Positions 10,694-18,945 are shown, counted from the first letter of the stretch. The stretch: DNA of 32,000 nt from Nitrosomonas europaea (GCF_900167395.1 NZ_FUWK01000015.1:1-32000); one strand, 5' to 3'. The notes: generated from the sequence alone by a model not told the origin. Translations and numbers: made by a program.

Positions 10694-11467
10694 TTATTTC
10701 AATTTCAGTGAGTGTTTTTTTCCTGTTTTGCTGGGCCAGATCTGCTTGCGCTCGTAGACGATAGGCATGTCGCGGTTGATTTGTGCTGCAGAAGGCTTCA
10801 CCGTTACATCCACACCCTGACCACATGATTCGGGTAGTGGATTGGCAGTCAGGTTACGCGTGATCTTCAATGGAGCAGGGCCATTATCTATGTTGCTGTC
10901 AAAAATTGTTCCCAGGTCATTATGCGTCCACAATTCTACTACACCCTCTGTTTGCAATCCGCCTGGACCTGTGATCTGGCAGATGTCAACAATAGACACC
11001 TGAAAAGTTACACTTTTTGCACAAGAGCCGGGTACGATGTTCACTGCATTTAACCGGAAGGGGACATAAGCCACCATTCCTTCCGGCATCCCCGGGCCAC
11101 CGGCTGCCCAGAACCCAACCACGTTTCCTGCAGCACCTTGCTTGGGTTGTATATGATCAAAGGCTGCCCGGCTCAGCAAAGGGCGAACGTTGTCACCCCA
11201 GTTTGATACGAAATCGGTCAGTGGACTGCCTTGAGGCTGGCCATCAACCAGAACGGTCGAATCAGCACCATCGGGAAATACGACAGATGTTCCAATTATA
11301 GGATTGGTTCCACAAGGATGCCCGATCACCACATTATTCGTGACTCTGACTCCCTCACCAACCGTACCGGTCTCGAAACGGGTATGCGCTGATACCTCCA
11401 GCCCCGTTCCCAACAGCACGGCTACTGTCAATGAAAATAATGACCATTCCAGTTTAATTTTTTTCAT
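10694..11467 (-). CDS. Secreted hypothetical protein; the mature N-terminus is predicted to be His, with a possible YcnI/DUF1775-like cupredoxin-type domain
   Basis: I chose the ATG at 11467, preceded by AAAGGGG, over the ATG at 11557. MKKIKLEWSLFSLTVAVLLGTGLEVSA|HTRFE looks like a Sec signal peptide with a VSA cleavage site. The mature part has 4 Cys and the segment GHPCGTNPIIGTSVVFPDG. I recognise no confident family by eye. Confidence 0.7.
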   Translation of the reverse strand: MKKIKLEWSLFSLTVAVLLGTGLEVSAHTRFETGTVGEGVRVTNNVVIGHPCGTNPIIGTSVVFPDGADSTVLVDGQPQGSPLTDFVSNWGDNVRPLLSRAAFDHIQPKQGAAGNVVGFWAAGGPGMPEGMVAYVPFRLNAVNIVPGSCAKSVTFQVSIVDICQITGPGGLQTEGVVELWTHNDLGTIFDSNIDNGPAPLKITRNLTANPLPESCGQGVDVTVKPSAAQINRDMPIVYERKQIWPSKTGKKHSLKLK

Positions 11468-11660
11468 GCAATCTACCCCTTTGTTCTGTTTATACGCATA
11501 AAGCAAGACGAAACTCATCTGCAGCCATACCGGCATCCATTTCATCCTTTCAGTCATCCATAAATGATGAAAATGGCAACCTTGCTGCGACCATTTATTC
11601 TTCTTAAAAATGGCTGGCAGCCGGAAAACATTATCTGATCCGCATAAGTAAATAACAATG

Positions 11661-11675
11661 CGACAAATTGTCGCG
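11661..11675. repeat. 15-bp palindrome GCGACAA-A-TTGTCGC (copy 1), operator-like
   Basis: Read directly from the sequence. It has 7-bp perfectly complementary arms around one central base. It lies in a non-coding gap 194 bp upstream of the secreted-protein ATG. Confidence 0.6.
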
Positions 11676-11788
11676 CCCGTTGCAAAGATGAGCGCTCACG
11701 GTCGTGGCAGGACACGCTAACCACATGACAAATAGATGAAATTCGTTTACAGCAGGAGGGATTGCTCTGCGGCAGTCACCACGCAAAT

Positions 11789-11803
11789 GCGACAATTTGT
11801 CGC
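11789..11803. repeat. 15-bp palindrome GCGACAA-T-TTGTCGC (copy 2), operator-like
   Basis: It is the exact reverse complement of copy 1. Its flanks extend it to a 27-nt near-palindrome, GCAAATGCGACAATTTGTCGCACTTGC. Both copies share the plus-strand 5' flank AAT. Centre-to-centre spacing is 128 bp. Confidence 0.6.
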
Positions 11804-12048
11804 ACTTGCGAAATGGCTGCCATTCCGGGAACCTGCGACTGCGGACAGCCGCGTAAAAGTGGAAAAAGAAATGGACGAAATCGCAGACTGATCGATCCGG
11901 ACTGTCTCCATCGATCAGGGGAAGGTGGGTATTGCTTTTCTAACCGGTAAGATCACTGAATGATAATCGCTGCACATGATTGCCGGACTCCATGGCTGGT
12001 TTACTGCTTTAGCCAATAGTCGTCCTGACCGGCATATCAGGTCGGATA

Positions 12049-12300
12049 TCAATTCGAGGTTCTGGCCGCTTCCCACTGTTCGGGAGTATAGGTTTTCATT
12101 GACAGGGCATGAATTTCCTCACGCATCCGCTCGCCAAGTGCCTGGTAAACCAGTTGATGCTGCCCGACGATACTTTTTCCCTGAAACGACTCACTGACGA
12201 TCACAGCACTGAAATGATGACCGTCATCTCCCTCTACCCTGATCCAGGTGCAGGGTAAAGTGGCTTTAATCGAATGCTCGATTGATTCTGCAGTAACCAT
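12049..12300 (-). CDS. ibaG: BolA-family protein (IbaG/YrbA-like, Mla-linked)
   Basis: 83 aa with BolA-like length and motifs (HHFSAVIVSESFQGKSIVGQHQLVYQAL). AAGGAGA precedes the ATG. Its position downstream of the mla cluster mirrors E. coli mlaFEDCB-ibaG. Confidence 0.85.
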   Translation of the reverse strand: MVTAESIEHSIKATLPCTWIRVEGDDGHHFSAVIVSESFQGKSIVGQHQLVYQALGERMREEIHALSMKTYTPEQWEAARTSN

Positions 12301-12339
12301 GTCTTCTCCTTTATTTCTCAGATATAAAAATAAACTTGC

Positions 12340-13095
12340 TCATGAGCGGATTTTGTAACCGCTTTTCAGCATCCACAATGCCCATCCCGAAATAGCTGCG
12401 AGACAGCACGATACAACAATCATGCTGATATAAGGTGAGATGTCGGAAACACCAAAGAAACCATAGCGGAAACCATCGATCATATAAAAAAAGGGATTCA
12501 GATGAGATAAAAACTGCCATACCGGTGGCAGAGAATGGATGGAATAGAACACCCCGGAAAGGAATGTCAGCGGGAGGATAATAAAATTCTGGAATGCTGC
12601 CAGTTGATCGAACTTATCCGATATGATCCCGGCAATGACACCCATCACCCCCAGCAGAGCACTGCCAAGCAATGCAAACAGCACGACCCAGAACAGTGAT
12701 TGCAGCGGCAGCGGATAAAACCAGGCAGCGACCGCATAGACACCCAGGCCGACCATCAATCCGCGTAATGTGGAAGCACTGACATAGGCCAGAAAAATTT
12801 CCAGATAAGAAAGTGGCGACAGCAGAATGAATACCAGATTTCCGGTTATTTTCGACTGGATCAGGCTGGAAGATGAATTGGCGAAAGCATTCTGCAAGAC
12901 GGCCATTATCACCAGCCCGGGAATCAGAAAAACGGTATAGGGAATACTGCCATACACTTCTACCCGTGCCGCAAGAACATGCGAGAAAATCAGCAGATAA
13001 AGCAGGCTGGATAATACTGGCGCGAGAATCGTCTGGAGACTGACTTTCCAGAAACGTAACAGCTCCTTGTGAAACAGGGTATAAAAACCGGTCAT
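12340..13095 (-). CDS. ABC-2 type transporter permease (YadH-like)
   Basis: 251 aa and multi-pass hydrophobic (about 6 TM). Its start overlaps the stop of the upstream ATPase gene as ATGA. Confidence 0.85.
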   Translation of the reverse strand: MTGFYTLFHKELLRFWKVSLQTILAPVLSSLLYLLIFSHVLAARVEVYGSIPYTVFLIPGLVIMAVLQNAFANSSSSLIQSKITGNLVFILLSPLSYLEIFLAYVSASTLRGLMVGLGVYAVAAWFYPLPLQSLFWVVLFALLGSALLGVMGVIAGIISDKFDQLAAFQNFIILPLTFLSGVFYSIHSLPPVWQFLSHLNPFFYMIDGFRYGFFGVSDISPYISMIVVSCCLAAISGWALWMLKSGYKIRS

Positions 13096-14006
13096 GATAT
13101 CCCCGCTGCGTCCGTTTCCATAATCTTCATGAATACAGTCTCCAAATCAGGCTGGAGTAACCGCATATCGAGCACCTCGATTCCGGATTGGCGCAATACC
13201 GACAATATTTTCTCGATCTCGGTGTAATTCTTTATTTTCAGGTTGTGCAGGCAGCCGTCATGCCCGCCTGGCCACGTACCCAGCCCGGATGGCAGTGTGT
13301 CGGTGGATAAACGCAACTCCAGCGTATAGTCCCGGGTACTGCGTACGAGATTATGCATACTGTCGAGCGCTGCGATTCTGCCCTGCTTGAGCACTGCCAC
13401 ACGGTTACACAAAGCTTCGGCTTCTTCCAGATAATGCGTGGTCAGCACGACCGTATGACCTTCGAGATTGAGCTGCCGGATGAACTGCCACAAACTCTGG
13501 CGCAAATCCACATCCACCCCCGCCGTAGGTTCGTCAAGAATGATCACCGGCGGTTTATGCACCAGAGCCTGCGCGATCAGCAAACGTCGTTTCATACCGC
13601 CTGACAGCGCACGTACATTCGTATGTGCCTTATCAGCGAGATCGAGATGCTGCAAAATTTCATCGATCCAGGCATCGTTGCACCTGATTCCGAAATAGCC
13701 AGATTGGATGACCAGCATCTCACGCACCGTGAAAAAGGGGTCGTACACCAGCTCCTGCGGAACCACCCCCAGCCTTTTCCGGGCTTCACGATATCCGGAC
13801 AGCACATCGTACCCCATTACTCTGGCAGATCCCTGGCTTGCCCGGGTCAGACCCGCCAGAATACTGATCAGCGTGGTTTTACCAGCTCCGTTGGGCCCCA
13901 GCAACGCGAAGAATTCCCCCGGTTGAACGACCAGATCGATATTATCCAGTGCAACCAGCTTACCGTAGCGTTTGCTCAGTTGCCGTACCTCGATCGCCGG
14001 GGTCAT
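13092..14006 (-). CDS. ABC transporter ATP-binding protein (YadG-like, ABC-2 exporter partner)
   Basis: 304 aa with Walker A GPNGAGKTT, signature LSGGMKRRLLIAQAL and Walker B VIILDEPTAGVD. Confidence 0.92.
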   Translation of the reverse strand: MTPAIEVRQLSKRYGKLVALDNIDLVVQPGEFFALLGPNGAGKTTLISILAGLTRASQGSARVMGYDVLSGYREARKRLGVVPQELVYDPFFTVREMLVIQSGYFGIRCNDAWIDEILQHLDLADKAHTNVRALSGGMKRRLLIAQALVHKPPVIILDEPTAGVDVDLRQSLWQFIRQLNLEGHTVVLTTHYLEEAEALCNRVAVLKQGRIAALDSMHNLVRSTRDYTLELRLSTDTLPSGLGTWPGGHDGCLHNLKIKNYTEIEKILSVLRQSGIEVLDMRLLQPDLETVFMKIMETDAAGIS

Positions 14007-14039
14007 CTGGTAATGGAAAACATCAGCGTATTACTGAAA

Positions 14040-14086
14040 TAAAAGCAGGGAAATGGCAGAATCCGTCAGATCAGACGGATTCTGCC
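14040..14086 (-). terminator. Intrinsic terminator/attenuator-like hairpin at the mlaB 3' end
   Basis: A perfect 13-bp stem GGCAGAATCCGTC/GACGGATTCTGCC (14055-14067 and 14074-14086) encloses a 6-nt loop that contains the mlaB stop codon. On the minus strand the hairpin is followed by ATTTCCCTGCTTTTATTT. Confidence 0.55.
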
Positions 14087-14424
14087 GGTTTATCAGTTGG
14101 AATCAGGCTGCCTACATCATACAGTTCTATGAGGTCAGCCAGATTTGACGGCAGATTGATGAATTCGATTCTCCGGTCATATGTCTGTGCGGTACGCATC
14201 CACTCAAGCAGCATGCTGACAGCCGAGGAATCCACCCAGGTAACCCCCGCCAGGTCGATCAGCATATCATCTGCTTTGATCGCTGCATCACCTGTGCGGA
14301 TCACCTCAACTACGTTGTCATAAGTTACCGGGCCGCCGACAAAGAGACGGTTTCCCTCCAGGCGAATACGTGCATCCGTTCCGGCCACACTACTTTCCCC
14401 GCATCGATGCATTCTTCTCTGCAA
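14071..14424 (-). CDS. mlaB: STAS-domain protein MlaB (phospholipid ABC transporter accessory protein)
   Basis: It has a STAS-like core (LIDLAGVTWVDSSAVSMLLEWMRTAQ) and sits after mlaC. The start is uncertain. ATG 14424 overlaps mlaC by 35 nt, whereas GTG 14388 begins 1 nt after the mlaC stop and is equally plausible. Confidence 0.8.
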   Translation of the reverse strand: MQRRMHRCGESSVAGTDARIRLEGNRLFVGGPVTYDNVVEVIRTGDAAIKADDMLIDLAGVTWVDSSAVSMLLEWMRTAQTYDRRIEFINLPSNLADLIELYDVGSLIPTDKPAESV

Positions 14425-15007
14425 GCGCCGTGATCAATCCATCCACGCCACCATCTCTGACCTGGCTGTTGAAGGTACCCCGATAATTGGTAACCAGGCT
14501 GACTCCGGCAACCGTCACATCATATACTTTCCAGGTGCTATCGCTCTTTTCCATGGCATAGTCGATCGGCACGGGCTGTTTCCCGCTACCCTGAATCACC
14601 AGCGTCTTGACTGTTGCTTTGGTATCCTGCGAACCGACATTTGTCGGACTGACCTTGATGACTTCATCGCGGTAAGTGGTCAGTGAATTGGAGTAGGTTC
14701 GTACCAGCAGTGTACGAAACTCCTTCACCAGGGATTTCTTTTGCTCCGGACCGGCCAGAGACCAGTTCTTACCCATCGCCAGCTGGGTCATACGCGTGAA
14801 GTTGAAATGGGGCAATATCTTTTCCCGGATGAGACTTAATACCTTGTCCTGATTGCCCGCTCTGATTCCGTCATCCTGTTTCAGCACGGCGACTACCTCA
14901 TCGACCGTATTTCTGATCAGCGCATCCGGTGAGCTGTTCTGCGCCGACACAGGCAATACAACAGCGAGTAATGCCAGTAAAAGAACGTTACCAATGCGTA
15001 TTTTCAT
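14390..15007 (-). CDS. mlaC: Phospholipid-binding periplasmic protein MlaC (Ttg2D family)
   Basis: 205 aa with signal peptide MKIRIGNVLLLALLAVVLPVSAQ. It has Tol/Ttg2D-like motifs (ILPHFNFTRMTQLAMGKNW) and sits within the mla order. Confidence 0.88.
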   Translation of the reverse strand: MKIRIGNVLLLALLAVVLPVSAQNSSPDALIRNTVDEVVAVLKQDDGIRAGNQDKVLSLIREKILPHFNFTRMTQLAMGKNWSLAGPEQKKSLVKEFRTLLVRTYSNSLTTYRDEVIKVSPTNVGSQDTKATVKTLVIQGSGKQPVPIDYAMEKSDSTWKVYDVTVAGVSLVTNYRGTFNSQVRDGGVDGLITALAEKNASMRGK

Positions 15008-15022
15008 GTTTTATCACCTATT

Positions 15023-15502
15023 TCAAATTTCCGGATCCGAATTCTTTTTCTCTGAGGCCTTATCGAACAGGAATCGCCCGATCATCTCCTCAAGCACAAT
15101 AGCCGAGTTGGTTTTCATGATCTTTTCACCATCCTTGAGCATCTCCTCGTCACCTCCCGGTAACAGTCCGATATATTGTTCGCCCAGCAATCCCGATGTC
15201 AGAATGCTGGCAAAAGTATCTTTCGGAAACTGATAACGCGTATCCACTTTCATGGTGACTACTGCATCATAAGTCTGCACACTGAACTGTATATCCGTCA
15301 CACGCCCCACCACTACACCTGCACTCTTTACCGGTGCTCTGACCTTTAAACCACCAATGTTCTCGAAATTCCCCACCAGTACATAACTTCCTTCCGGCTG
15401 AAAATCGGTCAGATTACCCACTTTCAATCCAAGAACCAGCAGTGCGCCAATACCCGCCATGACGAACAGACCCACCCAGAAATCCATCATGGTACGTTGC
15501 AT
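15023..15502 (-). CDS. mlaD: MCE-domain protein MlaD
   Basis: 159 aa with an N-terminal TM helix (FWVGLFVMAGIGALLVLGL) and an MCE domain (VKSAGVVVGRVTDI). Its start overlaps the mlaE stop by 1 nt (TGATG). Confidence 0.92.
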   Translation of the reverse strand: MQRTMMDFWVGLFVMAGIGALLVLGLKVGNLTDFQPEGSYVLVGNFENIGGLKVRAPVKSAGVVVGRVTDIQFSVQTYDAVVTMKVDTRYQFPKDTFASILTSGLLGEQYIGLLPGGDEEMLKDGEKIMKTNSAIVLEEMIGRFLFDKASEKKNSDPEI

Positions 15503-16317
15503 CAGCTTACTCCTCTGAACATGAATGCAGTCAAAACGAAATCCAGCCCCAGAATCGCGAGCGAAGAGGTTACCACCGTACGGGTGGTCGCCCCCGATAC
15601 CCCTTCAGCCGTCGGCGGCGCATCAAACCCTTCAAATACAGCAATCGCCGTTACGACCACCCCGAAGAAACAACTTTTGATGACACCGTTCACAATGTCA
15701 TAACGAAAATCAACCGAATTCTGCATCTGTGACCAGAAAGATCCTTCATCTACGCCAATGAAAACCACTGTCACCAGATATCCGCCAAACACGCCCATAA
15801 CTGAAAACATCGCCGCCAGCAACGGCATGGAAAAGACGCCTCCCCAGAATCTGGGTGCAACGATACGTGCGATCGGATCCACCGCCATCATTCCCATGGC
15901 AGCCAGTTGTTCAGTTGCTTTCATCAAACCAATTTCGGCCGTCATGGCTGAACCGGCACGGCTGGCAAACAGCAATGCCGCAATGACGGGGCCCAGCTCT
16001 CGTACGAGAGATAACGCCACCAGCGTTCCTACGGCTGATTCAGAACCGAATTTCTGTAATGTTTCGTACCCTTGCAGACCCAGCACCATACCGACGAACA
16101 ATCCGGATACCAGAATGATGATCAGTGACAGAACACCGGCGAAATATATTTCGCGTGTAATCAAGTGGAAACGCAGAAAACTAGGTAGGGATTTCAACAG
16201 TACCAGCAATACGAAACGGGTTGCACATCCCAGTCGCCAGATACTGTCGGCCACTCTGTGCCCGATCGATTCAATAATGGTCCTGATACGTTTAGCCAAA
16301 CTGATCATTCCTATCAT
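15502..16317 (-). CDS. mlaE: Phospholipid ABC transporter permease MlaE
   Basis: 271 aa and polytopic. It has MlaE-type motifs (VRELGPVIAALLFASRAGSAMTAEIGLMK). Confidence 0.92.
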   Translation of the reverse strand: MIGMISLAKRIRTIIESIGHRVADSIWRLGCATRFVLLVLLKSLPSFLRFHLITREIYFAGVLSLIIILVSGLFVGMVLGLQGYETLQKFGSESAVGTLVALSLVRELGPVIAALLFASRAGSAMTAEIGLMKATEQLAAMGMMAVDPIARIVAPRFWGGVFSMPLLAAMFSVMGVFGGYLVTVVFIGVDEGSFWSQMQNSVDFRYDIVNGVIKSCFFGVVVTAIAVFEGFDAPPTAEGVSGATTRTVVTSSLAILGLDFVLTAFMFRGVS

Positions 16318-16336
16318 TCATGCCGTCAGTGTCCGG

Positions 16337-17149
16337 TCATCTCTCCATGACGCCTATGCCCAGATCCTGCGAATAAGCTTGTGCCTGGTAATGAAATGGC
16401 ACCGGGCCATCTGTTTCACCATGGATGAACTGATGGACGAACGGTACTTTCGATTCGCGCACTTCGTCAGGCGTTCCATGAGCAGCAATCACGCCATCTG
16501 CCAGGAAATAAATGTAATCGACTATCCGTAATGATTCCTGAACATCGTGCGTCACCAGAATGGACGTCATGCCAAGCGTATCCGTCAAACGACGGATCAA
16601 ACCGCCGATCACACTCAATGAAATCGGATCCAGTCCGGTAAACGGTTCATCAAACATCATCAGCATGGGATCGAGTGCGATAGAGCGTGCCAGCGCCACA
16701 CGTCGTGCCATCCCGCCGGAAAGCTGTGCCGGCATCAGATGATATGCGCCGCGCAAACCCACCGCATGCAGTTTCATCAGTACCAGATCCCGAATCATTG
16801 ACTCAGGCAGATTCGTGTGTTCACGCATTTGAAAGGCAACGTTATCGAATACCGACAAATCCGTAAACAGAGCACCAAACTGGAACAACATGCCCATTTT
16901 GCGCCGCAGCCTGAATAATTCATTCCGGCCAAGTTCATGTACGACCTGTCCCGCTACGGTGACGGAACCTGCCGAAGGCCTGACTTCACCGCCGATCAGG
17001 CGCAGCAGTGTGGTTTTCCCTGATCCGCTGCCGCCCATGATGGCAATCACCTGCCCCCGCGACATGCGCATATCGACCCCTTTCAGGATCGGCCGGAGAC
17101 CGTAGGAAAAATTGACTTTACTGAACTCGATCAACGCATCGTCAGCCAT
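16337..17149 (-). CDS. mlaF: Phospholipid ABC transporter ATP-binding protein MlaF
   Basis: 270 aa with Walker A GGSGSGKTT, signature LSGGMARRVALAR and Walker B MMFDEPFTGLDP. It is the first gene of the mla operon. Confidence 0.93.
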   Translation of the reverse strand: MADDALIEFSKVNFSYGLRPILKGVDMRMSRGQVIAIMGGSGSGKTTLLRLIGGEVRPSAGSVTVAGQVVHELGRNELFRLRRKMGMLFQFGALFTDLSVFDNVAFQMREHTNLPESMIRDLVLMKLHAVGLRGAYHLMPAQLSGGMARRVALARSIALDPMLMMFDEPFTGLDPISLSVIGGLIRRLTDTLGMTSILVTHDVQESLRIVDYIYFLADGVIAAHGTPDEVRESKVPFVHQFIHGETDGPVPFHYQAQAYSQDLGIGVMER

Positions 17150-17275
17150 CAGCCGATCCGCCTCCCGCCTTCCAAAATTTCAGTGGCATGCGTAATATCC
17201 CTGGTTTTGTGTCTTGTCGCCGCTATTGGCTGTACAGACCATTCAATCTGAATAATTCCGACTGGATTCAAAGTT

Positions 17276-18151
17276 ATGCATTTTACCAGAGCACTCCGGA
17301 TACAGCTCATCCCATCATTCTTTTTCAGGGCGATTTATCCCCTTGTAGTTCTGCTGATTCTTCTACATGCCCAGTCCGGTCTGGCCGAGACCATCTATCG
17401 TTCTACAGACTCTCATGGCCGCACGCTTTATTCAGATATACCCACACCAGCAGCCAAACCCTTACAGCCAGCCACTCCACCGGCCCGCAGCAAATATCGG
17501 GTTACCCGGGTCATCGATGGCGACACCATCGTACTCGAGAACAACAAGCGGGTAAGGTTGCTGGGTATAAATGCACCTGAAACCGGAAACCGGTACCACC
17601 CGGGAGAACCGGGCGGGGCAGATGCAAAAAAGTGGCTGCGAGGGAAATTACAGGGGCGCAGCGTATATCTGGAACATGACCGGCAAACACATGATCACTA
17701 TAAAAGAATGCTGGCTCACTTGTATCTTCCGGATGGAGAACATATCAATCTTTCCCTGGTGGAGAAGGGATTGGCCATAGCCAACCTGATCCCGCCCAAC
17801 CTGCTCCATGCCAATACGCTCATCAGGGCACAACAACGGGCAGAAACCAGGAAACTCGGAATCTGGTCAATGCAACACTATCAACCGCGCCCGCTGATCA
17901 AATTGACCGAGAAGCCGTTCGGCTGGCAGCGCTACCGGGTAAAGGCCAAAGTACTCAAACGAAACCACCGATTCAGCCGGCTCATTATCAGTGACAACCT
18001 CGATCTGTCTTTTGCCAACCGGGATCTAGCCTTGTTCCCTCCGCTTGAAACCTATTTAAACAGACCACTTGAAGTACGTGGCTGGGTATCACGCCGGAAA
18101 AACCATTTTTCAATACGTATCCAGCACCCAAGTGCGTTGATCCTGTATTGA
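17276..18151 (+). CDS. Secreted thermonuclease (SNase)-family protein with an N-terminal DUF4124-like motif and a C-terminal extension
   Basis: 291 aa. A hydrophobic signal/anchor is followed by IYRSTDSHGRTLYSDIPTP (DUF4124-like). The SNase core carries VIDGDTIVL and RVRLLGINAPE. About 100 further residues have no motif I recognise. Confidence 0.82.
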   Translation: MHFTRALRIQLIPSFFFRAIYPLVVLLILLHAQSGLAETIYRSTDSHGRTLYSDIPTPAAKPLQPATPPARSKYRVTRVIDGDTIVLENNKRVRLLGINAPETGNRYHPGEPGGADAKKWLRGKLQGRSVYLEHDRQTHDHYKRMLAHLYLPDGEHINLSLVEKGLAIANLIPPNLLHANTLIRAQQRAETRKLGIWSMQHYQPRPLIKLTEKPFGWQRYRVKAKVLKRNHRFSRLIISDNLDLSFANRDLALFPPLETYLNRPLEVRGWVSRRKNHFSIRIQHPSALILY

Positions 18152-18166
18152 TCGATTGTCGGTTGT

Positions 18167-18853
18167 TTAGAAGTCGTTGTAACGTGACCGCTTGCGCCAT
18201 TGAATACGCGGAATGACCAGCCCCAGAAACAAACCGGCAAACAGCACCAGTGCCCCGGCATAAAACCATTCGCGTTCAATCTGTCCGCTGAGCGCATGAT
18301 TCTCCTGTTCAAGTTCACCGAGTTTCATCTTCAGATCAGCTACCTGTTGCCGCATTTCCTGATTCTCACCATTCAATTGCACTGCGTTGGCAGACAATTG
18401 CCTGATTTTGGACAATTCGGCTTCCAGTCGTTTATTGTCTTTCTCAAGGGTTTCTGCCTGCTTCTTCTGCATCCCCAATTCATGTCTGACGAGATCAGCC
18501 TGTGCACGAATGCTATCCGGCCGGCTGTCCGATCCGGAAAAATCACTGCTCAATTTTTCAAGCAATTCACGCGCCGCGGGTTCAGCCATCAAATATCGGG
18601 ACAGCACCCAACCTTCTGTACCTCCGGTAGTCCTGACTCTGGAATATCCCTTGTTCTGGTCACGCTCCAATACTTCCAGCGCCACACCACTTTTCAGCAT
18701 CCTTACGATCGCATGCTGCTGACTGGGACCAGTTCGCATCAACACTTCCACCTGGTCACTGGCGTAACTTTTTTCTGCCCGGGCGGTCAATGGCACCCCC
18801 CATAAGAAAACAAAAAACATGGATGCAGCAAGAAAATAAGTAATTTTGTTCAT
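18167..18853 (-). CDS. ygiM: YgiM-like SH3-domain protein (signal peptide, SH3b, coiled coil, C-terminal TM anchor)
   Basis: 228 aa. The architecture and motifs resemble E. coli YgiM: an SH3b segment (VLMRTGPS..GWVLSRYL), a heptad-rich middle and a WFYAGALVLFAGLFLGLVIP tail followed by basic residues. Confidence 0.8.
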   Translation of the reverse strand: MNKITYFLAASMFFVFLWGVPLTARAEKSYASDQVEVLMRTGPSQQHAIVRMLKSGVALEVLERDQNKGYSRVRTTGGTEGWVLSRYLMAEPAARELLEKLSSDFSGSDSRPDSIRAQADLVRHELGMQKKQAETLEKDNKRLEAELSKIRQLSANAVQLNGENQEMRQQVADLKMKLGELEQENHALSGQIEREWFYAGALVLFAGLFLGLVIPRIQWRKRSRYNDF

Positions 18854-18945
18854 TTGCGGTAGTGGTATCCGGCTCCAGAAACAAGGTTATACCATCGATA
18901 TTGACGTAAGTCCGAAATGCCGGATTCTCATATCGACTGAAAACA

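Noticed and set aside
11468-11557. A 30-codon N-terminal extension (MTERMKWMPVWLQMSF...) of the secreted-protein ORF.
   Set aside because: The internal ATG at 11467 has a good AAAGGGG SD and yields a canonical signal peptide. The extension would bury that signal peptide.
11703-11720. Sigma54-like TGGCAG...GC element between the two palindromes.
   Set aside because: The GG-to-GC spacing is off by 2 nt from the -24/-12 consensus and no TTGC is present.
11659-11893. Two mini-ORFs start inside the palindromes with near-identical N-termini. MRQIVAPVAKMSAHGRGRTR begins at 11659, and MRQFVALAKW... (34 aa) begins at 11787.
   Set aside because: The shared MRQ(I/F)VA is a by-product of the repeated DNA motif ATGCGACAAnTTGTCGC. 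Neither ATG has an SD at usable spacing, and the downstream peptides are unrelated.
11762-11950. 62-aa Cys-rich ORF (ICRTCE...CDCG) in the non-coding gap, considered as a possible metal-binding peptide or RiPP precursor.
   Set aside because: It starts at TTG and the nearest SD-like AGGAGG is out of register. Part of its Cys content comes directly from the palindrome (TGTCGC). No adjacent maturation genes are present. This is probably chance, but only frame conservation in relatives could settle it.
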